A stretch of 64,000 bases of DNA from contig NW_024704742.1 in assembly GCF_018977255.1 (NCBI RefSeq), positions 35,900,001-35,964,000 of the forward strand. The letters are read 5' to 3'. Position 1 is the stretch's first letter. Each line of letters begins with the position of its first letter. The stretch is from Callorhinchus milii (lineage: Eukaryota). The position numbers and the translations under genes are program-made. This document shows positions 63,780-64,000 of this stretch, one piece after another. The notes below the pieces were generated by a model that did not search any database, was not told the origin of the DNA, and saw only the letters and a list, made by a program, of their open reading frames with translations.

Positions 63780-64000
63780 TCATCAACAACCACAACAAAT
63801 TACACTTGTATAGCACCTTTCACGTTGTGAGGACATCCCAAGGCACTGGACAGTCAGGGATTTGGACCTCAGTAGGGAATTGGGATCAGGAGGGGTGGCA
63901 GGGGTAGGAGGATCACTGAAGAATTGGTCGAAGAGGAAGGTCTTGAGATGTGCCTTGATGGAGGCAAGCGAGAGAGCAAGGTGAAGGGAACGTGGGCTGG
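63780..64000 (-). mobile_element. L2 LINE 3' end, running off the window
   Basis: CAACAAATTACACTTGTATAGCACCTTTCACG...CCCAAGGCACTGGACAG tail. Confidence 0.85.

Noticed and set aside
55091..64000. PRKG2 terminal exons expected downstream on the minus strand from synteny
   Set aside because: No recognisable PRKG2 C-terminal peptide was found; it is probably beyond the window.

Overview
Vertebrate nuclear DNA, most likely from a cartilaginous fish (inferred from the repeat content: L2/CR1 LINEs, Deu-domain SINEs and tRNA-derived SINEs with L2-type tails). Two host genes are supported, both on the + strand. (1) The last two coding exons of CFAP299/C4orf22 lie at 21208-21337 and 27908-28009. (2) A complete three-exon BMP3 gene has its CDS at 42624-42909, 51912-52816 and 54899-55090 (1383 nt, 460 aa). 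This matches the CFAP299-BMP3 gene order I recall from tetrapods. The rest is intron, intergenic DNA and decayed transposable elements. The most notable non-gene structure is a fossil two-gene PIF/Harbinger transposon in the last CFAP299 intron, with a spliced Myb/SANT-like gene on + converging on a HARBI1-like DDE transposase on -. Other points of interest: an 89-bp copy of BMP3 exon 2 inside intron 1; an in-frame alternative splice donor; unusual substitutions in the BMP3 mature domain; a promoter squeezed between a 1.1-kb G-rich satellite and a minisatellite leader; and a SINE/L2 pair sharing a covarying 3' stem-loop. I found no convincing evidence of a wholly novel system. All homologies come from recalled motifs, not database searches, and repeat boundaries are approximate.
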